Of a stretch of 64,000 nucleotides of DNA, positions 33,727 to 42,371 are shown piece by piece. Positions within the stretch are counted from its first letter, which is position 1, and each line of letters begins with the position of its first letter. The notes below the pieces were generated by a model. That model did no database searches and was not told where the DNA came from. It worked only from the letters and a program-made list of their open reading frames with translations. A program made the position numbers and the translations under genes. The DNA is from Escherichia coli (GTDB lineage Bacteria > Pseudomonadota > Gammaproteobacteria > Enterobacterales > Enterobacteriaceae), in the NCBI RefSeq assembly GCF_024502345.1, contig NZ_JALDNN010000001.1; one strand, written 5' to 3'.

Positions 33727-36540
33727 ATGCCAATGGAGAGCTGTACGCAAATGAACGCCGTAGAAATTGAACAAGCCATCACGGATCTTGCAGAGCAACC
33801 CTTTGATCCTATAGAGTTTCCTTATGCTTTTCTTGAAGCCTTTGGTAACAAGGAAACGACTGTCAAACGCTTGCGCGCCGGTGCATCAAACAAATCCGAC
33901 TTGGGCGGTGTTCTCCAGAGCAATAATATTCACATTCTGACCTGCGAAGCAGGGACTGTGACTCAGATGTTGGCCGCGCTCAAGGCTAGCCCTGCGACAA
34001 CTAAAGCCAAGGCGAAGTTCATCCTGGCTACAGATGGCAAAGATTTCGAAGCTGAAGACCTCGTTAGCGGTCAGACTGTCGCTTGCGCCTTTAAAGACTT
34101 CCCAGATCACTTCGGCTTTTTCTTGCCATTAGCAGGCATTAGCACAGTTCGTCAGATTTGTGAGAACTCCTTTGACATTCGGGCCACTAGCCGGCTGAAT
34201 CGTCTGTATGTCGAGTTGTTGAAAGATAACCCTACCTGGGGGACGGCGGAGCGACGTCATGACATGAACAAATTCATGACTCGGCTGATCTTTTGTTTTT
34301 TCGCTGAGGATACTGACATTTTCGTGGGTAAGGGACGCTTTACTGAAACCGTTGCGCAGATGAGTACAAGAGATTCGTCGAATACGCATGAAGTTATCGC
34401 TACCTTGTTTCGTGCCATGAACACCAGTAACAAAGATAGAGCCGCCGCTGGCATCCCGCGCTGGGCCAATGAGTTTCCTTATGTCAACGGACGCTTGTTC
34501 TCTGGGAGTAATGATGTACCACTGTTCAGTAAGATTGCACGGTCTTATTTGCTCCATGTGGGTAGCCTTGACTGGACCAAGATTAATCCGGATATCTTTG
34601 GCTCGATGATTCAGGCAATTGCCGAAGACGAAGAACGCGGAGAGCTGGGGATGCATTACACCAGCGTACCCAACATCTTAAAAGTTTTGAATCCACTATT
34701 TCTGGACGACCTGCGCGCAAAGCTGGATGAGGCGGGTGACAATCCGCGTATGTTGCTTAACCTGCGTAAGCGCATTTCCCACATCCGTGTGTTCGACCCA
34801 GCGTGCGGTTCTGGTAACTTTTTGGTTATCGCGTACAAGGAAATGCGTGCCATTGAGGCCGAAATCAACAAGCGGCGTAATGAGCCAGATCGCGCCTCGG
34901 ATATCCCACTTACCAACTTTCGCGGGATTGAACTAAGAGATTTCCCGGCAGAGATCGCCCGCCTTGCGCTTGTTATCGCTGAGTACCAATGTGATGTACT
35001 GTACCGTGGGCTGCGGTTGGCCTTGGCTGAGCTTCTTCCGTTACGCAACGAAAATTGGATTACCTGTGGCAATGCACTACGGCTCGACTGGTTAAGAATT
35101 TGCCCGCCGACAGGAACAGGTGTGAAATTACATGGCGATGACTTGTTTGGATCTCCGCTTGATCAGGCAGAGATCGACTTTGAGAATGAAGGCGGAGAGA
35201 CATACATTTGCGGTAACCCACCATACCTTGGTTCAAAGTGGCAGACGGATGAACATAAAGCTGATCTTGGCACAATCTTTTCTGGTCGCGTGAAAAATTG
35301 GAAATCGCTCGATTATGTTGCTGGCTGGTTCCTGAAAGCCGCTGACTATGGTAGCCAGACAAGTTCCCAGGCTGCTTTTGTTGCCACTAATTCAATCAGC
35401 CAAGGGCAGCAAGTGTCGATTCTGTGGCCGGAAATATTCAAGGCAGGACAAGAGATTAGTTTCGCTTACACGAGCTTTAAGTGGTCGAACCTCGCTACTC
35501 ACAACGCCGGGGTCACAGTTGTTATCATCGGAATTTCTAACTGTGTAGGAAAGTCGCGACGCCTCTTTTCGGCTGGAGGAGACAATGGTGCGACGACGTG
35601 TCGTGAGGTGGAGCGCATCAACGCCTATTTGATCGCTGGCCCTAACATCATTGTGGAGGGGGACAGTTGTCCAGCCGACAGTCTTGCAACGATGCAGTTC
35701 GGTAACCACCCGTACTATGGTGCATCACTGATCTTTTCGAGATCTGAAGCACAGCAGATGATGTCTGTCGATCCGCGTACGGCGCGTTTTATTCGCCCAC
35801 TATATGGCTCCCAAGAGTTCATTTCCGCTGTGCCACGAGCCTGTCTATGGATTAACGACGATGAGGCTGACGAAGCGGGGACGATTCCTCTGATAGCTGA
35901 GCGTATGAGCGCCGTAGCAAGTGCTAGACGTGCAAAAAAACAAGACAAGGCAGCCCAGAAACTGGCTAAGACTCCATATCGCTTTCGCGACCAGCAGACA
36001 TCTACGAATCATATTCTTGTGGTTCCTCGAGTCAGTTCAGAGAACCGTCCTTGCTTGCCGGTTGGATTACTTGACTCTGACTCTATCGTTCAAGATCAAG
36101 CATTCGCCCTTTACGACGCTCCTCTCTGGAACCTCGCCATCATAGCGAGTCGCCTGCATCTAGTTTGGATCGCCACGGTTTGTGGAAAGTTAGAGACACG
36201 CTACCGCTATTCAAACACCCTCGGCTGGAATACTTTCCCGCTCCCAACACTCACTGAGAAAAATAAGGCAGACCTCACGCGCTGTGCAGAGGATATTCTT
36301 CTGACTAGGGAGCATCACTTCCCTGCAACCATTGCAGACCTTTATGACCCCGAGAAGATGCCAGACGACCTGCGTATTGTGCACGAGCGTAATGACGAAG
36401 TGCTTGAGCGTATTTACATTGGGCGCCGCTTTAAGAATGACACAGAGCGGCTTGAGAAGCTGTTTGACCTTTATACTAAGATGGCCGCTTCAACTGCATC
36501 GGGCAAAAGCAATAAACGTAAAGTGGGAACCAATGCATGA
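33727..36540 (+). CDS. MmeI/PglX-like gamma-class N6-adenine DNA methyltransferase, 937 aa; no recognisable N-terminal PD-ExK motif
   Basis: Motif X-like HYTS, motif I VFDPACGSGNFLV, motif IV ICGNPPYLG; other blocks (RLIFCFFAEDTDIF, FPYVNGRLF, AFVATNSISQGQQVSILWP, LETRYRYSNTLGWNTFP) resemble the MmeI/PglX family from memory. Start could be Met-9 (33751). Confidence 0.85.
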   Translation: MPMESCTQMNAVEIEQAITDLAEQPFDPIEFPYAFLEAFGNKETTVKRLRAGASNKSDLGGVLQSNNIHILTCEAGTVTQMLAALKASPATTKAKAKFILATDGKDFEAEDLVSGQTVACAFKDFPDHFGFFLPLAGISTVRQICENSFDIRATSRLNRLYVELLKDNPTWGTAERRHDMNKFMTRLIFCFFAEDTDIFVGKGRFTETVAQMSTRDSSNTHEVIATLFRAMNTSNKDRAAAGIPRWANEFPYVNGRLFSGSNDVPLFSKIARSYLLHVGSLDWTKINPDIFGSMIQAIAEDEERGELGMHYTSVPNILKVLNPLFLDDLRAKLDEAGDNPRMLLNLRKRISHIRVFDPACGSGNFLVIAYKEMRAIEAEINKRRNEPDRASDIPLTNFRGIELRDFPAEIARLALVIAEYQCDVLYRGLRLALAELLPLRNENWITCGNALRLDWLRICPPTGTGVKLHGDDLFGSPLDQAEIDFENEGGETYICGNPPYLGSKWQTDEHKADLGTIFSGRVKNWKSLDYVAGWFLKAADYGSQTSSQAAFVATNSISQGQQVSILWPEIFKAGQEISFAYTSFKWSNLATHNAGVTVVIIGISNCVGKSRRLFSAGGDNGATTCREVERINAYLIAGPNIIVEGDSCPADSLATMQFGNHPYYGASLIFSRSEAQQMMSVDPRTARFIRPLYGSQEFISAVPRACLWINDDEADEAGTIPLIAERMSAVASARRAKKQDKAAQKLAKTPYRFRDQQTSTNHILVVPRVSSENRPCLPVGLLDSDSIVQDQAFALYDAPLWNLAIIASRLHLVWIATVCGKLETRYRYSNTLGWNTFPLPTLTEKNKADLTRCAEDILLTREHHFPATIADLYDPEKMPDDLRIVHERNDEVLERIYIGRRFKNDTERLEKLFDLYTKMAASTASGKSNKRKVGTNA

Positions 36541-38582
36541 GCAACAAGATTAGATCTGTACCGTCAGTTTCTGTTACCTACTCACGCAACGGAGCATCGA
36601 CCAAGGCTAATTCTCTTGGGATGCGTCCTATGCAAGAAAGGGCTTATGAGAAGCGCGGAGAACAATATCTTCTCATAAAGTCGCCGCCCGCCTCTGGCAA
36701 GAGTCGTGCGCTGATGTTCGTCGCACTCGATAAACTCGCAAACCAGGGGATCAAACAGGCAATCATTGTCGTGCCGGAAAAATCTATCGGCGCGAGCTTC
36801 AACGATGAACCGCTATCGCAGTTTGGATTCTGGGCTGATTGGCATGTTGAACCTAAGTGGAATCTGTGCAACGCCCCCGGTAACGACAACGGCGGCAAGG
36901 TAAAATCTTTCGGCTCTTTTCTTGAAAGTAGCGACAAGGTGCTTGTTTGTACACACGCAACCTTTCGCTTCGCGGTCGATGCCTACGGTGTAGAGGCGTT
37001 TGACGATCGCCTGATCGCCGTCGATGAATTTCACCATGTGTCCGCTAACCCGGATAACAAGCTTGGTCAGCATCTGGGACAGTTCATTGAGCGTGACAAG
37101 ACGCACATCGTGGCCATGACCGGCTCCTACTTCCGGGGAGATGCGGAAGCCGTTTTGGCTCCTCAGGATGAGTCTAGGTTCGATACCGTCACCTACACCT
37201 ACTACGAACAACTCAACGGTTACGAATACCTCAAACAGCTTGATATCGGATACTTCTTTTATAGTGGATCATACATTGATGACATCCTCAATGTCCTCGA
37301 TCCTGACAAGAAAACGATTATCCATATTCCCAACGTCAATTCGCGCGAGAGTACGAAGGATAAAATTAAGGAGGTGGAGCACATTCTGAGCGAGCTTGGC
37401 GATTGGCAAGGTGCGGATCCTACGACTGGTTTTCAGCTAGTCAAGCGCCCCGATGGCCATGTGTTGCGTATTGCTGACCTGGTGGACCCAGCCAGTCAAG
37501 GCAAGATTCAGGAAAGCCTCCGAGCTCCAGAAATGAAGACAGACCGTGACTATGTAGACATCATTATTGCACTTGGTATGGCGAAGGAAGGTTTCGACTG
37601 GATCTGGTGCGAACATGCGCTGACTGTTGGCTACCGTGCCAGCCTGACTGAGATCGTGCAGATTATCGGTCGCGCTACTCGCGACGCGCCGGGTAAAACC
37701 CGCGCGAGATTTACTAACTTGATCGCCGAGCCCGACGCTGTAGAGGGCGCAGTAACTGAGGCAGTCAACGATACCTTGAAAGCTATCGCGGCGAGCCTGT
37801 TGATGGAACAGGTACTGGCTCCGCGCTTCGAGTTCAAGCCCAAGAATCCTGAAATCGGTCCGACTCCAGGCTTTGATTATGGTGATGGAGGATATGACCC
37901 GGATAGCTGCAATTTTGGTGTTAATGAGCAGACAGGGACGTATCAAATCGAGATTAAGGGACTTGCCGAGCCTAGGAGCAAAGAGGCGGCACGTATCTGC
38001 CAGGAAGATTTAAACGAAGTGATCGCGGCCTTTGTGCAGGATAAGCCCGCCATCGAACGAGGCCTGTTCGATGAAGAGCTGATCCCTGAAGAGTTAACAC
38101 AGGTTCGTATGGGTAAGATCATCAAAGAAAAGTATCCTGAACTTGATGCTGAAGATCAGGAGGCTGTACGTCAGCATGCTATCGCCGCCCTTAACCTCAC
38201 GCAGCAGGCCAAGCGTCTTGCTACCGGTGAAAACGATGGGACGCTCAATACTGCTCTTATTGACGGAGTGCGTCGCTTTGCAATGGATGTGCGCGATTTA
38301 GACATAGACCTTATCGACCGCATCAATCCCTTTGGTGAAGCCTACGCTATCCTTGCTAAGACGATGAGTGAAGACAGTTTGAAGCAGGTCGCGGCGGCCA
38401 TCTCGGCCAAGCGTACTTCGATCACGCCTGAAGATGCCAAGGTGATCGCCAAGCGTGCCGCTGAATTCAAACGTGAACGTGGGCGCCTCCCATCGTTAAC
38501 TTCGCTGGATGCTTGGGAAAAACACCTTGCTGAAGGTGCAGCCGCGTTTATGCGTTTTAGGGCGGAGGGACGTTATGAGTAA
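36537..38582 (+). CDS. SF2 DExH-box helicase (ResIII-like), 681 aa, with ~270 aa C-terminal region of unknown function
   Basis: Motif I PPASGKS, motif II AVDEFHHV, motif III MTGS, motif VI QIIGRATRD; ATG overlaps the methyltransferase stop (ATGA). Confidence 0.85.
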   Translation: MSNKIRSVPSVSVTYSRNGASTKANSLGMRPMQERAYEKRGEQYLLIKSPPASGKSRALMFVALDKLANQGIKQAIIVVPEKSIGASFNDEPLSQFGFWADWHVEPKWNLCNAPGNDNGGKVKSFGSFLESSDKVLVCTHATFRFAVDAYGVEAFDDRLIAVDEFHHVSANPDNKLGQHLGQFIERDKTHIVAMTGSYFRGDAEAVLAPQDESRFDTVTYTYYEQLNGYEYLKQLDIGYFFYSGSYIDDILNVLDPDKKTIIHIPNVNSRESTKDKIKEVEHILSELGDWQGADPTTGFQLVKRPDGHVLRIADLVDPASQGKIQESLRAPEMKTDRDYVDIIIALGMAKEGFDWIWCEHALTVGYRASLTEIVQIIGRATRDAPGKTRARFTNLIAEPDAVEGAVTEAVNDTLKAIAASLLMEQVLAPRFEFKPKNPEIGPTPGFDYGDGGYDPDSCNFGVNEQTGTYQIEIKGLAEPRSKEAARICQEDLNEVIAAFVQDKPAIERGLFDEELIPEELTQVRMGKIIKEKYPELDAEDQEAVRQHAIAALNLTQQAKRLATGENDGTLNTALIDGVRRFAMDVRDLDIDLIDRINPFGEAYAILAKTMSEDSLKQVAAAISAKRTSITPEDAKVIAKRAAEFKRERGRLPSLTSLDAWEKHLAEGAAAFMRFRAEGRYE

Positions 38583-39753
38583 TTCTGATTTAGACGATTT
38601 GGCGGCAGAACTTGCTGAATTTGCACCACCGGAGAAGAAAAAAGGACGTCCAGCCAGCGAGGAACGCATCATCGCAGGTTTTGAGGAAATCCAGCGCTTC
38701 GCTGACCAACATGGACGTGCGCCGCAACACGGCGAAGAGCGTGAGATCTTTGAGCGCCTCTATGCAGTGCGGCTCGACCGGCTACGCAGTCTCCCAGACT
38801 GCCGTGCCTTGCTAGAGCCGCTGGATCATCAAGGCTTATTGGCTGGAGGGGGTGATGTAGCGGAGTCAGCGGACGAAATTATCGATATCGATAATTTGGC
38901 TGCCGAACTGACGGATGTTTCCAGCGAGGATGATATCACAGTCTTGCGTCATGTTCGTGCTAGCGCCGAAAAGCGTGCTGTACAAGGGATCGCGGATCGC
39001 AAGCCGTGCGAGGATTTTGATACATTCAAACCGCTATTTGAACAGGTGCGCAGTGATCTAAGTTCAGGGTTAAGAGTGACCCGACCTTTTGGACAGTATG
39101 CAACGATTGAAGTGGGCCATTGGTTCATCCTGGATGGTCAAACGGCTTATGTGGCTGAGGAAGGTGAAGAGTTCGATTCTCCACAGGGGAAGAAAGATGC
39201 TCGGCTGCGTGTCATTTATTCGAATGGTACAGAAAGTAACCTGCTTCGGCTGTCATTAGTTCGTGCTTTGTATAAAGACGAAACAGCACGTCGAATTACC
39301 GATCCAGACATGGGGCCTTTATTCAGCGATGCTCTAGAAGAGAGCGATCTAGAAAGTGGCACCATTTATGTATTGCGTTCGCTATCAGATAACCCTTATG
39401 TGGCCGAACATCGTGATGTTATTCACAAGATTGGTGTGACTGGCGGCAAGGTCGAGACTCGTATTGCTAATGCTGAACACGATTCCACCTATCTGTTGGC
39501 GAAGGTAGAGGTGGTCGCTTCATACAAACTCGCAGGTATCAACCGCACCCGGATGGAAAACCTGTTTCACAGGTTGTTTGCACCCGCAAGGCTTAACATT
39601 ACCATTAACGACCGTTTCGGCCATCCAGTACAGCCCGAGGAATGGTTTCTCGTTCCGTTATTCGTTATCGATGAGGCTGTTGCACGTATTAAGGATGGTA
39701 GCATCATTGGGTATGTTTATGACCCCATGTCTGCGAAACTGGTGAAGGCATAG
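38575..39753 (+). CDS. GIY-YIG-like / T5orf172-like domain protein, ~392 aa (tentative domain call)
   Basis: GGAGG RBS then ATG at 38575 overlapping helicase stop (ATGAGTAA); C-terminal region GTIYVLRS...YVAEHRDVIHKIGVTGGKVETRIAN resembles GIY...YIG-R; acidic N-terminus. Confidence 0.65.
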   Translation: MSNSDLDDLAAELAEFAPPEKKKGRPASEERIIAGFEEIQRFADQHGRAPQHGEEREIFERLYAVRLDRLRSLPDCRALLEPLDHQGLLAGGGDVAESADEIIDIDNLAAELTDVSSEDDITVLRHVRASAEKRAVQGIADRKPCEDFDTFKPLFEQVRSDLSSGLRVTRPFGQYATIEVGHWFILDGQTAYVAEEGEEFDSPQGKKDARLRVIYSNGTESNLLRLSLVRALYKDETARRITDPDMGPLFSDALEESDLESGTIYVLRSLSDNPYVAEHRDVIHKIGVTGGKVETRIANAEHDSTYLLAKVEVVASYKLAGINRTRMENLFHRLFAPARLNITINDRFGHPVQPEEWFLVPLFVIDEAVARIKDGSIIGYVYDPMSAKLVKA

Positions 39754-39868
39754 TGAAGTGACACACTGAATTTGGCCACCTGTTCTGAGGTGAGTATATC
39801 ACCTCAGAACAGCACAGGAATAAAAGATACTGATTTGAATGTACCTATACTTTGCGATGTGAGGATCA

Positions 39869-40660
39869 ATGAATAGTAACCTGACCAAGATATGTTACCG
39901 TGGTGAGACTGGTGAAAGTGATCTAAGAACGTTGATACTTGGTGAGATTCTATATATCTCACTACGAGATGTTTTAATCACGCTGAATAAAGAAAATAGA
40001 GAAATCAACGCTGATTACACAGTAAAATCGATGGCTGGAATAATCAGGGCGCAATTACAGGCTCTTGACCCTGATGAGTATATTACTACAGATGCTGAAA
40101 ATGGTGTTTTTGAAGGTCAGAAAGAGATCTTCGTCACCCAGCCAGGTTTGTATCGAGTCATGTCAAGTGACCGAAGCGCTGCCGGTAAGCGCTTTCAAAA
40201 ATGGTTATTTCATGAAGTCATACCATCATTGACTAAGCATGGTGTATACCCGCCTCCGCCAGAAGCGAAAGGTTCAGCCCTTGCACAAATGGCTGAGATA
40301 CTTGCTCAAAATTCGCGAGCACTTGCTGACGCAATCCATAAACACGAAAAACTGGCCGAAGATGTCTCACAGGTTAAAGGTAAAGTTGCCAACGTTGAAA
40401 GCCGTCTGGAACTGTTAGAATCAGGTCCTTCCACTGTAACTGAAGATATGCATACTCTTGATAGCCGTCTCGCTTATTTGGACATGAGCATGGAAGAAAA
40501 GCATACCACCGAGACATTAGCCTGGTGCGAGAATATTTCTGTTCAAAATAACAGGAAGGTGATTCGCAAGGACTGTAGGGAGAATTCGCTCTTTACAACG
40601 CAGACTATCGACGAAGCAATCGCTATCATGACTGAAAGTGGAAAAATCACACCAAATTGA
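39869..40660 (+). CDS. Bro-N domain protein (phage antirepressor-like), 263 aa
   Basis: ...GLYRVMSSDRSAAGKRFQKWLFHEVIPSLTKHG matches the Bro-N/Ant hallmark (F..W...EV.PSI); coiled-coil-like C-terminal half. Confidence 0.7.
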   Translation: MNSNLTKICYRGETGESDLRTLILGEILYISLRDVLITLNKENREINADYTVKSMAGIIRAQLQALDPDEYITTDAENGVFEGQKEIFVTQPGLYRVMSSDRSAAGKRFQKWLFHEVIPSLTKHGVYPPPPEAKGSALAQMAEILAQNSRALADAIHKHEKLAEDVSQVKGKVANVESRLELLESGPSTVTEDMHTLDSRLAYLDMSMEEKHTTETLAWCENISVQNNRKVIRKDCRENSLFTTQTIDEAIAIMTESGKITPN

Positions 40661-40748
40661 AGATCCTGGGGTTCAGATTATCTGCTGGCTATCTTATTGA
40701 GCTCTGACGTAAAATAGGCCTTCCCACAAAGAGAAGGCCATTGCCGAC

Positions 40749-41375
40749 TTACAGATCGATTTGGCTACAGCCGAAGTTACGGTCTCCTTCACCAAACACT
40801 TTGCTTTCGACTTTGGTGAGGTAATCCAGTCGGGTTAACAGCGCTTGGTAGTTATGCTGGAAGTCAGCATTATTGGTATCCAGCACGTACTTACAGTTGT
40901 CAGGAAAATGGACCAGACCAGGGTGATCATCCAGTTTCAGTCCCAGGGCGCTGTACCACGCTCCCGTAATCATCCCTCTCAGGTTATCGTGCTGATCGTA
41001 ATCCCCGAGGTGGTAGTAAGCGTCTTTGTTGAACAACAGGCAAATGTGGTAGTGGCATTTACCTGACTCAGAATACTCTTTCGCCCATATAATAAATAAA
41101 GGGCAACGGTAGATGCGTTTACCTTCACGCTCCTTACGGGTACGGTCAGCCTCCAGTTTAGCTCTGAGGGAATCACGCATTCGGGATATCACCCCTGGTT
41201 CAAGATTAGGGAAACAGCAGATATTGTCTCCGTTATCGACTATCTTCGGATAATGCAGATCGACACGTACCGCCGTTAACCTGGGGTAACGGTTAGTCAA
41301 ATAACATAATAATTTTTTAATCTTGATCTGATATTCGAGGATATGTACTCCATGAGTACCTTGATATGTTTTCAT
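40749..41375 (-). CDS. YagK/YfjJ-family protein (inovirus Gp2-like)
   Basis: 208 aa ORF with Cys/His-rich stretch (CHYHICLLFNKDAYYH); family assignment from memory of CP4-57/CP4-6 yfjJ/yagK. Confidence 0.6.
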   Translation of the reverse strand: MKTYQGTHGVHILEYQIKIKKLLCYLTNRYPRLTAVRVDLHYPKIVDNGDNICCFPNLEPGVISRMRDSLRAKLEADRTRKEREGKRIYRCPLFIIWAKEYSESGKCHYHICLLFNKDAYYHLGDYDQHDNLRGMITGAWYSALGLKLDDHPGLVHFPDNCKYVLDTNNADFQHNYQALLTRLDYLTKVESKVFGEGDRNFGCSQIDL

Positions 41376-41646
41376 AATATATATCTGTATTTGGTCCTAC
41401 GGTCTATAGCAGACCGTACAGGGATGCCATACAGGCAGGGCTATTCCTGGTCACTGTTGTCGGTATATACTGGTATCAGATCTTAGTACGGATATACTGA
41501 TCTGATTACTACTCTTACTGGTGAATACAGGTAGTAAGAGTACACAATGCCATTATATAATACCTATCCAACATCTAAATTTGAGACGAAGGTAGCCCCA
41601 GCCTGTGATGGCTGTTAAAAAGTTACTCTGCAATTAGCTTCTGGAA

Positions 41647-42216
41647 TTAACCGATGATTCCGTTATTCCAGTGCCGCTTCACAGTCGATAAACTGATACT
41701 CAATTTCTTTGCAATCTCAGCCTGAGTAAATCCACCTTTCTTAAGTATTGTGATATCACGTCGGTATTTGCTTCCCTCCTTTCGTCCTAATTTCTTCTTA
41801 ACATGTCGATATCGGCTTTTAGTTGATTTCAGATTGTGAATGTCAATCGTATCCTGACGAGCAATCAAAAAAGACAAGCAACTTTCAGCAGAAGGCTCTA
41901 TCCTTGAAGCTGGATGGTAGCTGTAGATAAAAATTTCTTTTTGAAGGCAAAAAAATAAAATATTCTGTAAGTCCTCCACAGTTCTGCCAAGACAGCTTAG
42001 ATCTGGAATGACAAGCGTGTCCTGCCGGTTCATTTCATGATGAATCAATTGTCTGAGTAAACGTTGCTCTGAAACAACCTCTTTAATATCTACCTGCTCG
42101 ATCACAACATGTTCAGGTAGAATATTAAATTTTTGGCATATCTCAGCAAGTGAGTGATGATCTGTAATGCTTTCTTGCTGTTCGCTACTGCATATGGTGT
42201 AAAAAAATGAACGCAT
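41647..42216 (-). CDS. Serine recombinase-like protein (resolvase/invertase fold), possibly catalytically altered
   Basis: From internal Met: MRSFFYTICSSEQQ (cf. YARVSTxxQ), LVIPDLSCLGRTVEDL (cf. DRLGR), C-terminal HTH GFTQAEIAKKLSISLSTVKRH. Track ORF extends to 42345. Confidence 0.6.
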   Translation of the reverse strand: MRSFFYTICSSEQQESITDHHSLAEICQKFNILPEHVVIEQVDIKEVVSEQRLLRQLIHHEMNRQDTLVIPDLSCLGRTVEDLQNILFFCLQKEIFIYSYHPASRIEPSAESCLSFLIARQDTIDIHNLKSTKSRYRHVKKKLGRKEGSKYRRDITILKKGGFTQAEIAKKLSISLSTVKRHWNNGIIG

Positions 42217-42371
42217 CTGATGCACTCCGGTGTCATAAATTATTCTTTGATACCTGAACAATGTCATTTTGTATAAAAAATAACCAAAAATAGAGCGTGA
42301 TTGCCAGCGATACTTTGAGTGGTAAAGTAGTATTTTACCTCTCATAATTGTTTGTCCTTCTTTGTTACCTC

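Noticed and set aside
34129-35948. Several - strand ORFs of 70-175 aa inside the methyltransferase gene
   Set aside because: Antisense to a long ORF with strong methyltransferase motifs; none has a plausible start context.
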